Shown one piece after another: positions 42,738-52,956 of a DNA stretch of 64,000 bases. How positions within the stretch are numbered: position 1 is the stretch's first letter; each line of letters begins with the position of its first letter. The position numbers and the translations under genes are program-made. Source of the DNA: Thermoanaerobaculia bacterium (GTDB lineage Bacteria > Acidobacteriota > Thermoanaerobaculia > Gp7-AA8); contig JBHEPS010000001.1 in NCBI GenBank assembly GCA_046260175.1, forward strand, positions 3,502 through 67,501, read 5' to 3'. Below the pieces are notes generated by a model. It did no database searches, was not told the DNA's origin, and saw nothing but the letters and a program-made list of their open reading frames with translations.

Positions 42738-45700
42738 CTACTGGCGGGCGACGTCTTCGAGCTGCTTGATGCGTTCGACGATGTCGCGGTAGTTGCTCTT
42801 GATTCCGTATACCTCGAGAAACGCCTTTTGAGCGTTCGGAGTATCTCCGACTTCGAGGTAAGCCGAGCCGAGGTCGTAGAGGAGCCCGAGGTGCTCGTCG
42901 TCGGTGATCTCCGGAGCTTCCAGCCCTTTCTGATACCACTTGATGGCGAGTTGGGGCATCCCCTTTTCCAGGAAGCAGAGGCCGAGCATCGAGCAACACT
43001 CGATCATCCGCTTCGGATCCTTCGCCGCGAGCTGGAATTCACCGATGGCCTCATCGATGAGCTCCATTTCCTTGTAGGCGATTCCGAGGTTGTAATGGGT
43101 GTCGTAGTCTTCGGCGTCGAGCTGCTGCTCGACCCCTCGCTTGAACTCTTTGAAAATGTGCTCGAGCGACTGCTCCTCTTCGGTGATGGAGAGTGGCATT
43201 TCTTCGTCGGCGAGCTCGCTTTCCAGTTCTGCCGCCAGATCGAAAAAATCATCCTCGTCCGCGAAAAGGCCGGCGTCATCGGTCGCCGCAACTGGAGAGA
43301 GGGAATCCTGTTCGACTTCCTCGCGGAGCTCCATGAGCAGATCCGGAGTCTCCTCCGGCTCGGGCTCGATCGTGGCGGCGGCGCGTGCCGAAGCCTCTCC
43401 CTGCAGCCGCTCGAGCTCGGTTCGCCGGCGCGTCACTTCTTCGTTGCCCGGGAACCGCATTTCCAGATTGGCGATGCGGTCGCCGGCATCGCTGAACAGT
43501 TCCTGCTCCAGATAGAAGTCGATTTCGCCGAGAGCTTCAACCGCGGGCTCGGTCGGCTCTGGCACCGGCTCGTCGAAGTCGAGGTCGATGGCGCCACCAG
43601 ACTCCTGATCGAGCTCGAGCACTTCCTCGGCCGCCGGTTCTGCCAGCTCCACCGAATCGGCAGTGTCCTCCGGCTGCAAGGCAGTCTCGGGCTCTTCCGC
43701 GGTCAGGTCAGTGAAATCGAGAGAAACGGCTTCGGTCGTGGTCTCGACCTCGTCAAACGGGACTTCGACATCATCCGCGGGTGCCGCTGCTTCTGCTGCC
43801 GGGGATGGCTGCTCGGGCTCCGACTCGACTTCGATGGCGGCATCTTCGAAATCGATCTCGATGTCCTCGGCCCCCGGCTGCGGAGACTCGACTGCAGCCG
43901 GCATCTCCAGGTCGAAATCGAGCCGGCCTTCCTCGAGGGGTGCGGAAACTCCCTCGACCTCGATTCCGGGCTCGTCCGGCGAGGGTGATTCCGGGGTCAG
44001 ATCGAGCCGGCCCTCCTCATCTGCCTCGGAAACTTCCTCGAGCTCGACCTCGATCGCGGTTTCGTCCGCCAGCGATGGTTCCGGGGTCAGGTCGAAATCG
44101 ATATCGACTTCGTCTTCGACCACCGGCTCGGGCGCAGCGGCTTCGACTTCAACCTCGGTCGCGTCTGGAGCGAGCAACTCAGGCTCGTCGAGGTCGGTCT
44201 CGAACGAGATCTCCTCGTCGATCCCGAGCTCGATCTCGTCCTCCGCGGCGACCGTTTCGAGTGCGCTGACACTCTCGGCCTCAGCATCGCTCACCGGCGC
44301 GGATTCGGGAGTCGAGTCGAGCGCATCGACACTGAAGCCGCGGCTGACGAGCTCCTCCCTTACCGTTTCCAGGGCTTCGAGATCCCCGCTATCCCGGAGA
44401 ATCGGAAGGTAACGCGCGGCGACTTCGCCGACACGGGCCGCTGCCCCCTCGTCCATGAGGATGTGAAGGAGCTTGTCGTGAGCCTGGATATTTCGAGGCG
44501 AGCGGTCCAGAACGGATTGGAGATGCTCGAGCGCCTTTTCGGTGAGCCCGTATTTGGCGAATACCTCGGCTTCGGTCAGCTGCTCGGTGATGTAGTCGAT
44601 GTCTTCCTCGTCCTGATCCGCTACGCGGCCGAGGGAGGGTTCCTCGATGGCGGGCGGAGGCGGAAGAGGAGGCGGCATCATCGCCTCGAAGTCGGGGGTG
44701 AGGCTGTCGGGGTGGGAAATCTCGGCATCGGGTTCGGCGGCCGGGGTGGCCGAATCGCCGCCCCCGAGACTCTCGCGAACGAAAGCGAGCTTTTCGCGGT
44801 GCTGCGCATTCTCGGGCTCGCGACGGATGAGCCGCTCGAGCACGGAGGCCGCCTGCTCGAAATCACCGGCCGAGATGTGAGCCTCGGCCAGGCTGTTCAT
44901 CGAGGAGAGGATCTTCGTTTCCTCGTTGAGTTTCTCGTAAACGGAAACGAGCTTTTCGAGGGTCGGGATATGAGCGGCATCGACTCGGGAGATCCGCTGG
45001 AGCAGTTCGACGGCGGTCCGGTCGTTGCGAGCGGCCGCGGCATCGACGATCGGCTCGAGGATGTTGAGCGCACCCGCGGTGTGGCCACGCCGGAGGAAAA
45101 GGTCGGCCAGCAACTCGGCGAGCTGCGGCTCGGAAGGATGCTGAGCGAGGGATTCGGACAGGAGCTTTTCCGCGTCGCCGAGATTCCCCTGGGCGATGTG
45201 AACTCGCCCCAGGAGCGCGTCGAGTTTCGGATTGTCGGGTTTCGATTCCCGCGCTCCCTCGAGGATCGAACGTGCGTTCGCGTAGTCTTTCGCTTCGATC
45301 AGAGTGTTGGCCAGGGACTCGGCCAGCTCGATGTTGCCCGGATCGATCTTGAGGGCCTTTCGGAAAACCTGGACGGCTTCTTCCGTCATCCCCCGCTTGA
45401 GCAGCATTCGGCCGACCCGGTCGTACTCCTTGAGAGCTTCGGCCGTGCGGTTGTTCTGCGAATAGAGGTCCGCGAGCTTGACGTGAACGTTGATCGAGTT
45501 CGGATCGAGCTCGGCGATCTTCTGGAAGGTGGCGAGCGCCTTGTCGGGATCGCCATGCTTCATGTAGTAGTCGGCGAGCACCTGGTACTGGCTCTTCGCC
45601 TCCATGGCGAGGCCCTGTTTGGCGTAGAGATCGGCGAGACGCCCGTAGATCTCGAGCCTCGAGGGATCGAGCTTGTTGATCTTCTTGAAGATCGCGATGG

Positions 45701-45932
45701 CCTTGAGGAAAAAGCCGTCTTTCGCGTAATGGTCTGCGATTCGCGTGTAGACCTTGACCGCTTCGTCGGTCCGGTTCACGCGCACCCACAGATCGCCGAT
45801 GCGATTCAGGGTATTGACGTCGTTGGGATTGTCATCGAGCAGCCGCTCGTACTCCTTGATGGCGGATTCGATCTTCCCTTTGCCGACGAGCTTTTCAGCG
45901 CTCGCTACGATCTTGTCGCGTTGTATGGCCAT
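42738..45932 (-). CDS. TPR-repeat protein (1064 aa): N-terminal TPR array (about 400 aa), an acidic low-complexity region of about 450 aa (Glu/Asp/Pro-rich, with repeated LDFD/IDFD), and a C-terminal TPR domain
   Basis: TPR consensus W-LG-Y-A-F-P is seen repeatedly (for example LGICYEKLGMPQLAIKWYQKGL...YDLGSAYLEVGD). The central region is more than 35% D+E. Confidence 0.7.
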   Translation of the reverse strand: MAIQRDKIVASAEKLVGKGKIESAIKEYERLLDDNPNDVNTLNRIGDLWVRVNRTDEAVKVYTRIADHYAKDGFFLKAIAIFKKINKLDPSRLEIYGRLADLYAKQGLAMEAKSQYQVLADYYMKHGDPDKALATFQKIAELDPNSINVHVKLADLYSQNNRTAEALKEYDRVGRMLLKRGMTEEAVQVFRKALKIDPGNIELAESLANTLIEAKDYANARSILEGARESKPDNPKLDALLGRVHIAQGNLGDAEKLLSESLAQHPSEPQLAELLADLFLRRGHTAGALNILEPIVDAAAARNDRTAVELLQRISRVDAAHIPTLEKLVSVYEKLNEETKILSSMNSLAEAHISAGDFEQAASVLERLIRREPENAQHREKLAFVRESLGGGDSATPAAEPDAEISHPDSLTPDFEAMMPPPLPPPPAIEEPSLGRVADQDEEDIDYITEQLTEAEVFAKYGLTEKALEHLQSVLDRSPRNIQAHDKLLHILMDEGAAARVGEVAARYLPILRDSGDLEALETVREELVSRGFSVDALDSTPESAPVSDAEAESVSALETVAAEDEIELGIDEEISFETDLDEPELLAPDATEVEVEAAAPEPVVEDEVDIDFDLTPEPSLADETAIEVELEEVSEADEEGRLDLTPESPSPDEPGIEVEGVSAPLEEGRLDFDLEMPAAVESPQPGAEDIEIDFEDAAIEVESEPEQPSPAAEAAAPADDVEVPFDEVETTTEAVSLDFTDLTAEEPETALQPEDTADSVELAEPAAEEVLELDQESGGAIDLDFDEPVPEPTEPAVEALGEIDFYLEQELFSDAGDRIANLEMRFPGNEEVTRRRTELERLQGEASARAAATIEPEPEETPDLLMELREEVEQDSLSPVAATDDAGLFADEDDFFDLAAELESELADEEMPLSITEEEQSLEHIFKEFKRGVEQQLDAEDYDTHYNLGIAYKEMELIDEAIGEFQLAAKDPKRMIECCSMLGLCFLEKGMPQLAIKWYQKGLEAPEITDDEHLGLLYDLGSAYLEVGDTPNAQKAFLEVYGIKSNYRDIVERIKQLEDVARQ

Positions 45933-45941
45933 GGCGCTATG

Positions 45942-46592
45942 TCAGTGACTCGATTCGAACAATCCCGGCTGGTTCACACCTTCGAACGAGCGCCGATGGA
46001 TCGGGGTCGGACCGAACCGTTCGAGCGCGCGATAATGGCTTTCCGTACCATAGCCGCGATTATTGGCAAAATCGTACTGAGGATAGCAGCGATCATACGA
46101 CTCCATCAAAAGATCGCGATAGACCTTTGCCACGACCGAAGCGGCCGCGATCGATATCGAGCGCCGGTCCCCATGGATCAGTGGGACCTGGGGCATCTGG
46201 AGTGACTCGATCAGGACCGCGTCCAGAAGCAGGATTTCCGGTCGGCAGGGAAGCCCCTCGACCGCGATCTTCATCGCCATCTTGCTGGCGCGAAGGATGT
46301 TGATCCGGTCGATGGACGCGGGTTCCACCACGCCGATTCCGACGGCCACGGCGCGCCCCAGGATCCGCTGGCAGAGCGGTACTCTCTCTCCGTGGCTCAG
46401 GAGCTTTGAGTCGTTGACGCCGGGCATCACGTCATCGGGAAGAATGACCGCTGCAGCGACGACGGGACCGGCCAGGCAGCCGCGCCCCACTTCGTCGGTG
46501 CCGGCGATCGCGCGAAACCCTTCGGCTCGCAGCGACCGCTCGACCACAGCCATCTCGGCGAGCCGGGCCAGTTCGCTCAGCAGAGCGCCCAT
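45942..46592 (-). CDS. rnhB: Ribonuclease HII
   Basis: IAGTDEVGRGCLAGPVVAAAVIL (the DEVGRG catalytic motif). The 217-aa length is typical. Start chosen at MGALLSE; the 296-aa six-frame extension overlaps rplS and is rejected. Confidence 0.85.
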   Translation of the reverse strand: MGALLSELARLAEMAVVERSLRAEGFRAIAGTDEVGRGCLAGPVVAAAVILPDDVMPGVNDSKLLSHGERVPLCQRILGRAVAVGIGVVEPASIDRINILRASKMAMKIAVEGLPCRPEILLLDAVLIESLQMPQVPLIHGDRRSISIAAASVVAKVYRDLLMESYDRCYPQYDFANNRGYGTESHYRALERFGPTPIHRRSFEGVNQPGLFESSH

Positions 46593-46635
46593 CTGACGCT
46601 CTGCCGAGCGCCCAGCCCTCAGCTCGAAAGGAACG

Positions 46636-46992
46636 TCAGCGTTTGCGCTTCTCTTCGATGCGGGCCGCTTTGCCGCGGAGGTTCCTGAGGTAGTAGAGCT
46701 TCGCGCGACGGACTCGGCCATGTCGTTCCACCTCGATCCGGTCGATCGTCGGAGAATAGAGTGGGAACATTCTTTCGACCCCGACTCCCCCGGACATCTT
46801 CCGGACCGTGAACATCGAGCGGCTTCCGCCACCCTTCCGCGAAATCACGATGCCCTGAAAAATCTGGATTCGCTCTTTTTCGCCTTCCTTGACCCGGACG
46901 TGCACCTTGATGGTGTCTCCCGGCTCGAAGGGGGGCATTTCGCGGGTCATCTCCGCGGACTCGACAATTTTCATCAGATCAGCCATGGTCAA
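46636..46992 (-). CDS. rplS: 50S ribosomal protein L19
   Basis: [29 protein letters not shown]...MFTVRK is strongly conserved L19. Confidence 0.9.
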   Translation of the reverse strand: MTMADLMKIVESAEMTREMPPFEPGDTIKVHVRVKEGEKERIQIFQGIVISRKGGGSRSMFTVRKMSGGVGVERMFPLYSPTIDRIEVERHGRVRRAKLYYLRNLRGKAARIEEKRKR

Positions 46993-47067
46993 CTACCTTC
47001 CACTTTCTTCCAGATGGCGAAGCTCTAGCATCGCTCAACTGTCCTTATCTTTCAAGCACTTCGACGT

Positions 47068-48447
47068 CTACTTCGGCTCCGGCCGACCCAGCGCCTCCAG
47101 CATGCGCTCGGCCTCCCGATCGAGCTCGACCCGTTTCAGAAGGTCGGGCCGCTTCTCCAGAGTTGCCCGGAGAGATTGCTCTTTCCGCCATTGCCGAATC
47201 TTTTCCGCGTGACCCGACAACAGGACTTCCGGTACTTTCAGCCCCCGGAGCTCGGCCGGGCGCGTGTAATGCGGGTGGTCGAGCAGCCCCGTATAAAACG
47301 AATCGGCCTCGACGGAATTCCAGTCTCCAACGACCCCTTCGACGAGCCGCGCGACCGCGTCGCCGATCAGCATCGCAGGAAGCTCACCCCCCGAGACGAC
47401 GAAGTCTCCGATCGACACCTCTCGGTCCACGAGTGCCAGACGGACCCTCTCGTCGAATCCTTCGTAGCGGCCGCAGAGAAAGATCAGCCATTGACCGGAG
47501 GCGAGTTCGCGGGCGATCTCGTGGTTGAAGACCGCCCCCTGAGGGGAGGGAAGAATGACGGTCGGGACTGCGCCCGGTTCTCCGGTCGCCCGGATGGCGT
47601 CGAGGCAACGGAAGACGGGCTCGGCGAGCATCACCATTCCGGCCCCTCCACCATAAGCTTCGTCGTCGGTCGAGCGGTGTCGGTCCGAGGCGAAATCCCG
47701 CAGATCCCAAACCCTCACCGTCAGGATCCCTCCCCCGATGGCTCGCGCCACGACCCCTTCCGCCAGGAGCGGCTCGAACATGGCCGGGAAAATCGACACG
47801 AAGTCGAGACGCAGCCGCGAGGCGCGGGGGTCGGGGTTCGATTCGGGATCGGGCTTCTGGCGAGGCTTCGGGTCGGGCTCGACCTGGTCGGCAGAGCCGA
47901 GGTTTTCGAGCCCCCCGGGGAGGTCGACGACGATCTCCCCGGCGGCCGGGTCGATTCGGGTGCAGATCGACGAAGCGAAAGGGAGATCGAACGTTCCGCC
48001 GTCCGGACGCCGCACGGCGAGCAGAATGCCGCCTCCCCCCTCGCCCGCGTCGGTCACTTCTCCGATCCGCCGGCCATCGGGAGCTACGACGGCGAGTCCG
48101 ATCAGGTCGTGAAGGAAAAACTCTCCCTCTTCGAGCTCCCGGGCCTGATCCGGCTCGACCTCGAGCGTCCAGAGCTGAAGCGGTCGCACCGCCTCGGGGG
48201 CATCGACGCCTTCGAGCTTGATGAGGACGCGGTCTTTGTGGTGGCGAACCGACTCGATCTCGACCCGGCGAAGCTGTTCCCGATCGGGCGAGACGAGCCA
48301 CGCGCCATCGAGCTCGTCGAATCTCTCGGGGGTGTCGGTCAGGAGCTCGACGCTGATCTCGCCACGGACTCCGTGGGCGCGACGAACCACTCCCACGGCG
48401 ATCAGATCGGCCGGGGAGACCGGGGAAGTCGAATCGCGGGGATCCAT
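47068..48447 (-). CDS. trmD: RimM-TrmD in-frame fusion: 16S rRNA processing protein RimM (N-terminal, about 175 aa) fused by a Pro/Asp-rich linker to tRNA (guanine37-N1)-methyltransferase TrmD (C-terminal, about 250 aa)
   Basis: RimM motifs (LIAVGVVRRAHGVRGEISVELLTD; PRC barrel). TrmD motifs (LRLDFVSIFPAMFEPLL; DDEAYGGGAGMVM; SGGELPAMLIGDAVARL). There is no stop codon between the two halves and no ATG at the TrmD boundary. Confidence 0.8.
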   Translation of the reverse strand: MDPRDSTSPVSPADLIAVGVVRRAHGVRGEISVELLTDTPERFDELDGAWLVSPDREQLRRVEIESVRHHKDRVLIKLEGVDAPEAVRPLQLWTLEVEPDQARELEEGEFFLHDLIGLAVVAPDGRRIGEVTDAGEGGGGILLAVRRPDGGTFDLPFASSICTRIDPAAGEIVVDLPGGLENLGSADQVEPDPKPRQKPDPESNPDPRASRLRLDFVSIFPAMFEPLLAEGVVARAIGGGILTVRVWDLRDFASDRHRSTDDEAYGGGAGMVMLAEPVFRCLDAIRATGEPGAVPTVILPSPQGAVFNHEIARELASGQWLIFLCGRYEGFDERVRLALVDREVSIGDFVVSGGELPAMLIGDAVARLVEGVVGDWNSVEADSFYTGLLDHPHYTRPAELRGLKVPEVLLSGHAEKIRQWRKEQSLRATLEKRPDLLKRVELDREAERMLEALGRPEPK

Positions 48448-48464
48448 CGAGCGCGCTCCGCGAG

Positions 48465-48695
48465 TCAGTCGAGAATGTCGAGAATGTACCGCTCGTCGCC
48501 GCGGGAAGCGGCAGCGGAGAGGATGCTGCGCATGGCCCTGGCGGTGCGGCCCTGGCGACCGATGACCTTCCCGAGGTCCGCGGGGGCGACCCGAAGCTCG
48601 AGAACGGTGGTCCGGTCCCTCTCCCGTTCGGTCACGCGGACGTTTTCAGGCTCGTCGACGAGCGACTTGGCGAGAAATTCGACGAGCTCGCGCAC
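48465..48695 (-). CDS. KH-domain RNA-binding protein (YlqC/UPF0109 family)
   Basis: [16 protein letters not shown] is the GxxG KH motif. It sits in the conserved position between rpsP and rimM. Confidence 0.75.
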   Translation of the reverse strand: MRELVEFLAKSLVDEPENVRVTERERDRTTVLELRVAPADLGKVIGRQGRTARAMRSILSAAASRGDERYILDILD

Positions 48696-48703
48696 ACCAG
48701 ACC

Positions 48704-48934
48704 TCAGGCTTTTTTCAGGAGCGACTTGACGGTGTCGGAGAGCTGGGCGCCCTTGCTGACCCAGAAATCCACCCGCTCGCGGTCGAGTTTGAGGTCGATC
48801 GGTTTCCTGGTGGGGTTGTAGTGGCCGATCTGCTCGAGGGTCGCGGCGGACGGGGTCCGCTGCGAATCGGAGACGACGATCCGGTAAAAGGGGGCATGCT
48901 TCGAGCCCTGGCGGCGCAGACGAATCTTCAGCAT
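48704..48934 (-). CDS. rpsP: 30S ribosomal protein S16
   Basis: [21 protein letters not shown]...GHYNP is canonical S16. Confidence 0.9.
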   Translation of the reverse strand: MLKIRLRRQGSKHAPFYRIVVSDSQRTPSAATLEQIGHYNPTRKPIDLKLDRERVDFWVSKGAQLSDTVKSLLKKA

Positions 48935-49032
48935 CTCGAGTAATTTCCTTCGTTGATCATCAAAAGTCGGATTTCGGGGGATCCGCCCACTGCGGGCAGT
49001 CCACCGTCATAACCCGGAAAGTAACGCCGGGC

Positions 49033-50376
49033 TCACTGGAACAATTCCGGGGGGAGACCTTTGGTCAGGCGCGCGAGCTTGCGGGGTCCCATCCCCTTCG
49101 AGAAAGTCTTCATCATCTTCTTCATGGCGAGGTACTGCTTGAGGAGGCGGTTGATCTCCTGGACGGTCGTTCCCGAGCCGCGGGCAATCCGCTTCTTCCG
49201 GGACCCGTTCAGAAGCTGGGGATGCTCCCGCTCGCGGGCCGTCATCGAGTCGAGAATGGCCTGCATCCGGACGATCGCCCCTTCGTCGATATCTTCTTCA
49301 CGAACTTTTCCCCCCAGGCCTGGAAGGAGTTGCATGATCTGGGACATCGGCCCCATTTTCCTGACCTGCCCGAGCTGTGCCCGGAGATCCTCGAGGGTAA
49401 AGCGGTCTTTCGCGACGCGGTCGGCGAGGCGAGCCGCTTCCTTCTGGTCGACCTCGGACTCGACTTTCTCGATCAGGGTGAGGACGTCCCCCATGCCGAG
49501 AATCCGGGCCGCCATCCGATCGGGGTAGAAGAGATCGAGATCGGCGTACTTTTCGCCGACGCCGACCATTTTGATCGGGCGATTCACGACCGATTTGATC
49601 GACAGAGCGGCGCCGCCACGCGCGTCGCCGTCGAGCTTGGTCAGCACGATGCCTGTGATCCCGAGGCGCGCGTCGAACTCTTTCGCCGACTTGACCGCAT
49701 CCTGACCCGTCATGGCGTCGGCGACGAAGAGAATCTCCGAGGGTCGGGTCTCGCGCTTGATCGCCTCGAGCTCCGCCATCAGGTCGTCATCGATGTGAAG
49801 GCGGCCCGCGGTGTCCAGAATGACCGTGTCGTAGAGAAGGGTACGCGCCTCTTTCAGCGCCTCGCGGGCGATCCGCAGCGGGTCGCGAAGATCGCCGATC
49901 TCGTGAAAAGGAGTCTTGGTGTCGCGGGCGACGACGCGGAGCTGGTCGATTGCCGCCGGGCGATAGACGTCGCAGGGGACGAGATAGGGCTTGCGACCCC
50001 GGCTCTTGAGATGAAGCGCGAGCTTCCCGGAGGTCGTCGTCTTACCGGACCCCTGGAGCCCGACCATCATCACGACCGAGGGGTCGCCGACGAGAGCGAG
50101 CGCGACCTGGGATCCCCCGAGGAGAGCCTGAAGCTCGTCCCGGACGATCTTGGTCACCTGCTGGGCCGGAGAGAAGGCCGTCAGGACTTCCTGTCCTACC
50201 GCCTTTTCACGGACGCGGGCGGTGAACTCCTTGACGACCTTGAAGTGAACGTCGGCCTCGAGCAGCGCGACGCGGATCTCCTTGAGCGCCGTATCGATAT
50301 GCCATTCGTTCAGCGCGGCTTCGCCGCGAAGGGTCTTGAAGACCCGGTCCATCTTGTCCTGAAGATTGTCGAACAT
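49033..50376 (-). CDS. ffh: Signal recognition particle protein Ffh
   Basis: N domain. G domain (GLQGSGKTTTSGKLA; DTAGR). Met-rich M domain (LLKQYLAMKKMMK). Confidence 0.9.
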   Translation of the reverse strand: MFDNLQDKMDRVFKTLRGEAALNEWHIDTALKEIRVALLEADVHFKVVKEFTARVREKAVGQEVLTAFSPAQQVTKIVRDELQALLGGSQVALALVGDPSVVMMVGLQGSGKTTTSGKLALHLKSRGRKPYLVPCDVYRPAAIDQLRVVARDTKTPFHEIGDLRDPLRIAREALKEARTLLYDTVILDTAGRLHIDDDLMAELEAIKRETRPSEILFVADAMTGQDAVKSAKEFDARLGITGIVLTKLDGDARGGAALSIKSVVNRPIKMVGVGEKYADLDLFYPDRMAARILGMGDVLTLIEKVESEVDQKEAARLADRVAKDRFTLEDLRAQLGQVRKMGPMSQIMQLLPGLGGKVREEDIDEGAIVRMQAILDSMTAREREHPQLLNGSRKKRIARGSGTTVQEINRLLKQYLAMKKMMKTFSKGMGPRKLARLTKGLPPELFQ

Positions 50377-50466
50377 ATGTGGAGTTCTGCTCCCGGGCTG
50401 GCGTAACCGGAGCCGCGCGGCGAATTATTCGCCCCGGGCAGAATTCCAGGATGCGACGTGGCTGGC

Positions 50467-51054
50467 TCAGTCGTGCGAAAGCTCGACGGACCAGTAGGCC
50501 TGATCGAGGAAGTTCTTCCAGATGTCCGGGTACGGCCGCCCCTGGAGGCGGTGGAGCGGATGCCATCGCGGCCGCTCGGGCCGCCGGATCAGCGCCATGT
50601 CGGATTCCGCCAGGAGCTTGTTTCCTTTCCGGACATTGCAGGGAAGGCAGGCGCAGACGACGTTCCCCCAGCTCGAGCGCCCCCCGCGCGAGATCGGGAT
50701 CACGTGATCGAGCGAGAGCTCCGAGGAGGAGAACTTCCTCCCGCAGTACTGGCAGCGGTTCTGGTCGCGGATGTAGATGTTCGCGCGCGAGAACTTCACT
50801 TCCTGACGCGGAACCTTGTCGAAGCGAAGCAGCTGCACGACCCAGGGAACGAGGATGTTGCGGGAGGGTGTAGTGATGAAAGCGTCGGCGGGCTGGACCG
50901 GTATGTCGCGCCAGTTCTCGAAGTTCCAGGTCGCGTAATCAGCCGAGACCGCCCGGACCTGACCCTTGTAAAGGAGCGTGAGAGCGCGGCGGACGGACGT
51001 TATCTGGACTACTTGAAAGAACCGATTCAGAACCAGAACGTGGCCGTCGAGCAT
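50467..51054 (-). CDS. HNH endonuclease family protein (stand-alone, 195 aa). Start chosen at MLDGHVL; the 311-aa six-frame extension is rejected
   Basis: CQYCGRK...LDHVIPISRGG...NVVCACLPCNVRKGN is the HNH ββα-Me motif with a Cys4 zinc site. Confidence 0.75.
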   Translation of the reverse strand: MLDGHVLVLNRFFQVVQITSVRRALTLLYKGQVRAVSADYATWNFENWRDIPVQPADAFITTPSRNILVPWVVQLLRFDKVPRQEVKFSRANIYIRDQNRCQYCGRKFSSSELSLDHVIPISRGGRSSWGNVVCACLPCNVRKGNKLLAESDMALIRRPERPRWHPLHRLQGRPYPDIWKNFLDQAYWSVELSHD

Positions 51055-51425
51055 CCTCACCCCGTAAACGCCATCTCCCCCCGGGCTTGTTCCTCGGGTA
51101 AACCGTCGTCGAGCAGGGACTTCCGCCGTCGACTCGATTGTAAGACTTTCCCCTGGAGCTTTCCAGAAAGGAGACGGGGGGCATCGGGAAGGACGCGTGC
51201 CCGCTCCGGGGGTGATCGGGCTCGCTCCCCCCGTCCGGCTTGAAAATTTGCCCAATTTCAGCCATAGTTCGCCCCAAAGACCCATGGGGAAGGCCAATTC
51301 GGCCGGCTCCCCAAGCGATTGAAAAAGAAGCAGAAGCCAGGAGCGGATGCTGGCGTACGACCCGGGCAGGGCGGCTGGAAGGCGCGGCCGGGCGCGGGAC
51401 ATCGGGGTGGAAACGGGAGGAATGT

Positions 51426-52901
51426 ATGCGCTTGATCAACCGGGTTGTCTTTCTCACGCTGCTGCTGGCTTTCGCGACGACGGGTCCTGCTCTGGCCGAG
51501 CACTTCGTTGCGGACTGTCCGCTGAGCCTCGTCAGCGGAACACCTTCCATCAGCTCGTTCGCCAGCTCCCCTCACGGAGTTTTCAAGAACGGCTCGATGG
51601 TCTATCTCATGCGCGGTCAGAACCTGACCACACTCGAGGCAACGGCTCTCGGCGATCTCAAGGTCGTTCGTGAAGACTTCCTCGACGAGATGGTCAACCG
51701 CGACCCGGATGGCGGGTCGGTGTATCACAACGGCTACCTCTTCGTGGCGGGCGATGCGGGCCTCGAAACCTGGGACCTGCGCAACGTTCGTCCGAACGGA
51801 ACCGCTCCGGTTCAGATCGACGTGATCCCCGGCGTTCACTACCGGAAGCTCACTGCGCGGGGCAACGTTCTGGCCGCTCTCTATCCGGCGACTGGCCTCC
51901 CCTGCGCTCCCAACGGCACGTCGTGTCAGAACTGGATTGATCTGTACAACATCTCGGATCCAGCGGATCCGCTGCTGATGAACCGGTTCAACGCGGGGCT
52001 GACCCACCGCGGGTTCAACGACATCCTCTTCGTTCGCGACTGGCTCGCGGTGACGGGTGTTTCGGGCACGAACCTGTTCAACGTCTCCGATGGAGGCGGG
52101 CTGAGCTTCGCCTCGAGCAGTTTGACCCGCGGCGAGTTCCTCGCCACCGACGGTACCGTCCTCGCGGTCGGACAGGAAGAGTTGATCGGAGTCTTTACGG
52201 TCGGCCCGACCGGCTCCCTCGGCTACTTCACAGTCTTTACCCTTCCTTCGATCATGAACGTGGCCAACGGCATGCGTTTCCATCCGGAGATGTGGGTCAG
52301 CAATTCTCGCCTGGTCACTCTGATCGACGAGCGCGATCCATTCGTGCCGGGCAAATCGGCCCGTACACTCGCCATCGACGTTTTCGATTTCAAGGTTCCC
52401 TTCTTCGAAGGCTTCGACGACCGCATCTACGAGAGCGTCTCGTTCATCGAAACGAACGAGAGACTCTACAACCCGGTCGCCGTCGGCCCTTACGTCTATG
52501 TCATCGGTGAGGTTTCCGGAACGCAGAAGTGGGGCGCCTGCGGCGCCATGGCGGGCGATGTCGAGCTCGATAACGTTCGCGGGCTGACCTGCGGCGGCGC
52601 CGAGATCCATGGATGGGTCACCGGCGCGAAGAGGATCGTCAACGTAGAGGTCTTCCTCGACGGCGATTTTCTCGGCAACGCCAATTTCGGTTCCGATCGT
52701 CAGGACACCATGATTACGCAGCCGGTTCATACCTGGCGGCTCCCCGTGAATCTCGACTCGGTCGCACGCAGCACGAGAACCCTCCGGGTGATCGGCACGG
52801 ACGTCGACGGCAACCGCTTCCAGTTCGCGAGTGAAGAGGTCTTCTTCCCGGGACCGGGAAGCAACTGCACCAACCGGCGCCGCACCACCAAGCGCAACTA
52901 G
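51426..52901 (+). CDS. Secreted hypothetical protein, possibly an LVIVD-repeat beta-propeller
   Basis: GGAAACGGGAGGAATGTATG has the RBS and start. Signal peptide VVFLTLLLAFATTGPALA. Repeated motifs (YLFVAGDAGLETWDL; ILFVRDWLAVTG) resemble LVIVD repeats. The basic C-terminus is NRRRTTKRN. A possible sigma70-like promoter TTGAAA-N17-CATAGT lies at about 51243-51271. Confidence 0.5.
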   Translation: MRLINRVVFLTLLLAFATTGPALAEHFVADCPLSLVSGTPSISSFASSPHGVFKNGSMVYLMRGQNLTTLEATALGDLKVVREDFLDEMVNRDPDGGSVYHNGYLFVAGDAGLETWDLRNVRPNGTAPVQIDVIPGVHYRKLTARGNVLAALYPATGLPCAPNGTSCQNWIDLYNISDPADPLLMNRFNAGLTHRGFNDILFVRDWLAVTGVSGTNLFNVSDGGGLSFASSSLTRGEFLATDGTVLAVGQEELIGVFTVGPTGSLGYFTVFTLPSIMNVANGMRFHPEMWVSNSRLVTLIDERDPFVPGKSARTLAIDVFDFKVPFFEGFDDRIYESVSFIETNERLYNPVAVGPYVYVIGEVSGTQKWGACGAMAGDVELDNVRGLTCGGAEIHGWVTGAKRIVNVEVFLDGDFLGNANFGSDRQDTMITQPVHTWRLPVNLDSVARSTRTLRVIGTDVDGNRFQFASEEVFFPGPGSNCTNRRRTTKRN

Positions 52902-52924
52902 CCATCACGCTATCCGTAAGAACG

Positions 52925-52956
52925 AAAAAGCCCCGCCGGAAGGCGGGGCTTTTTCT
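52925..52956 (+). terminator. Rho-independent terminator
   Basis: AAAAAGCCCCGCCGGAAGGCGGGGCTTTTTCTTG: an 8-bp GC stem, a GGAA loop, and a T tract. Confidence 0.8.
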
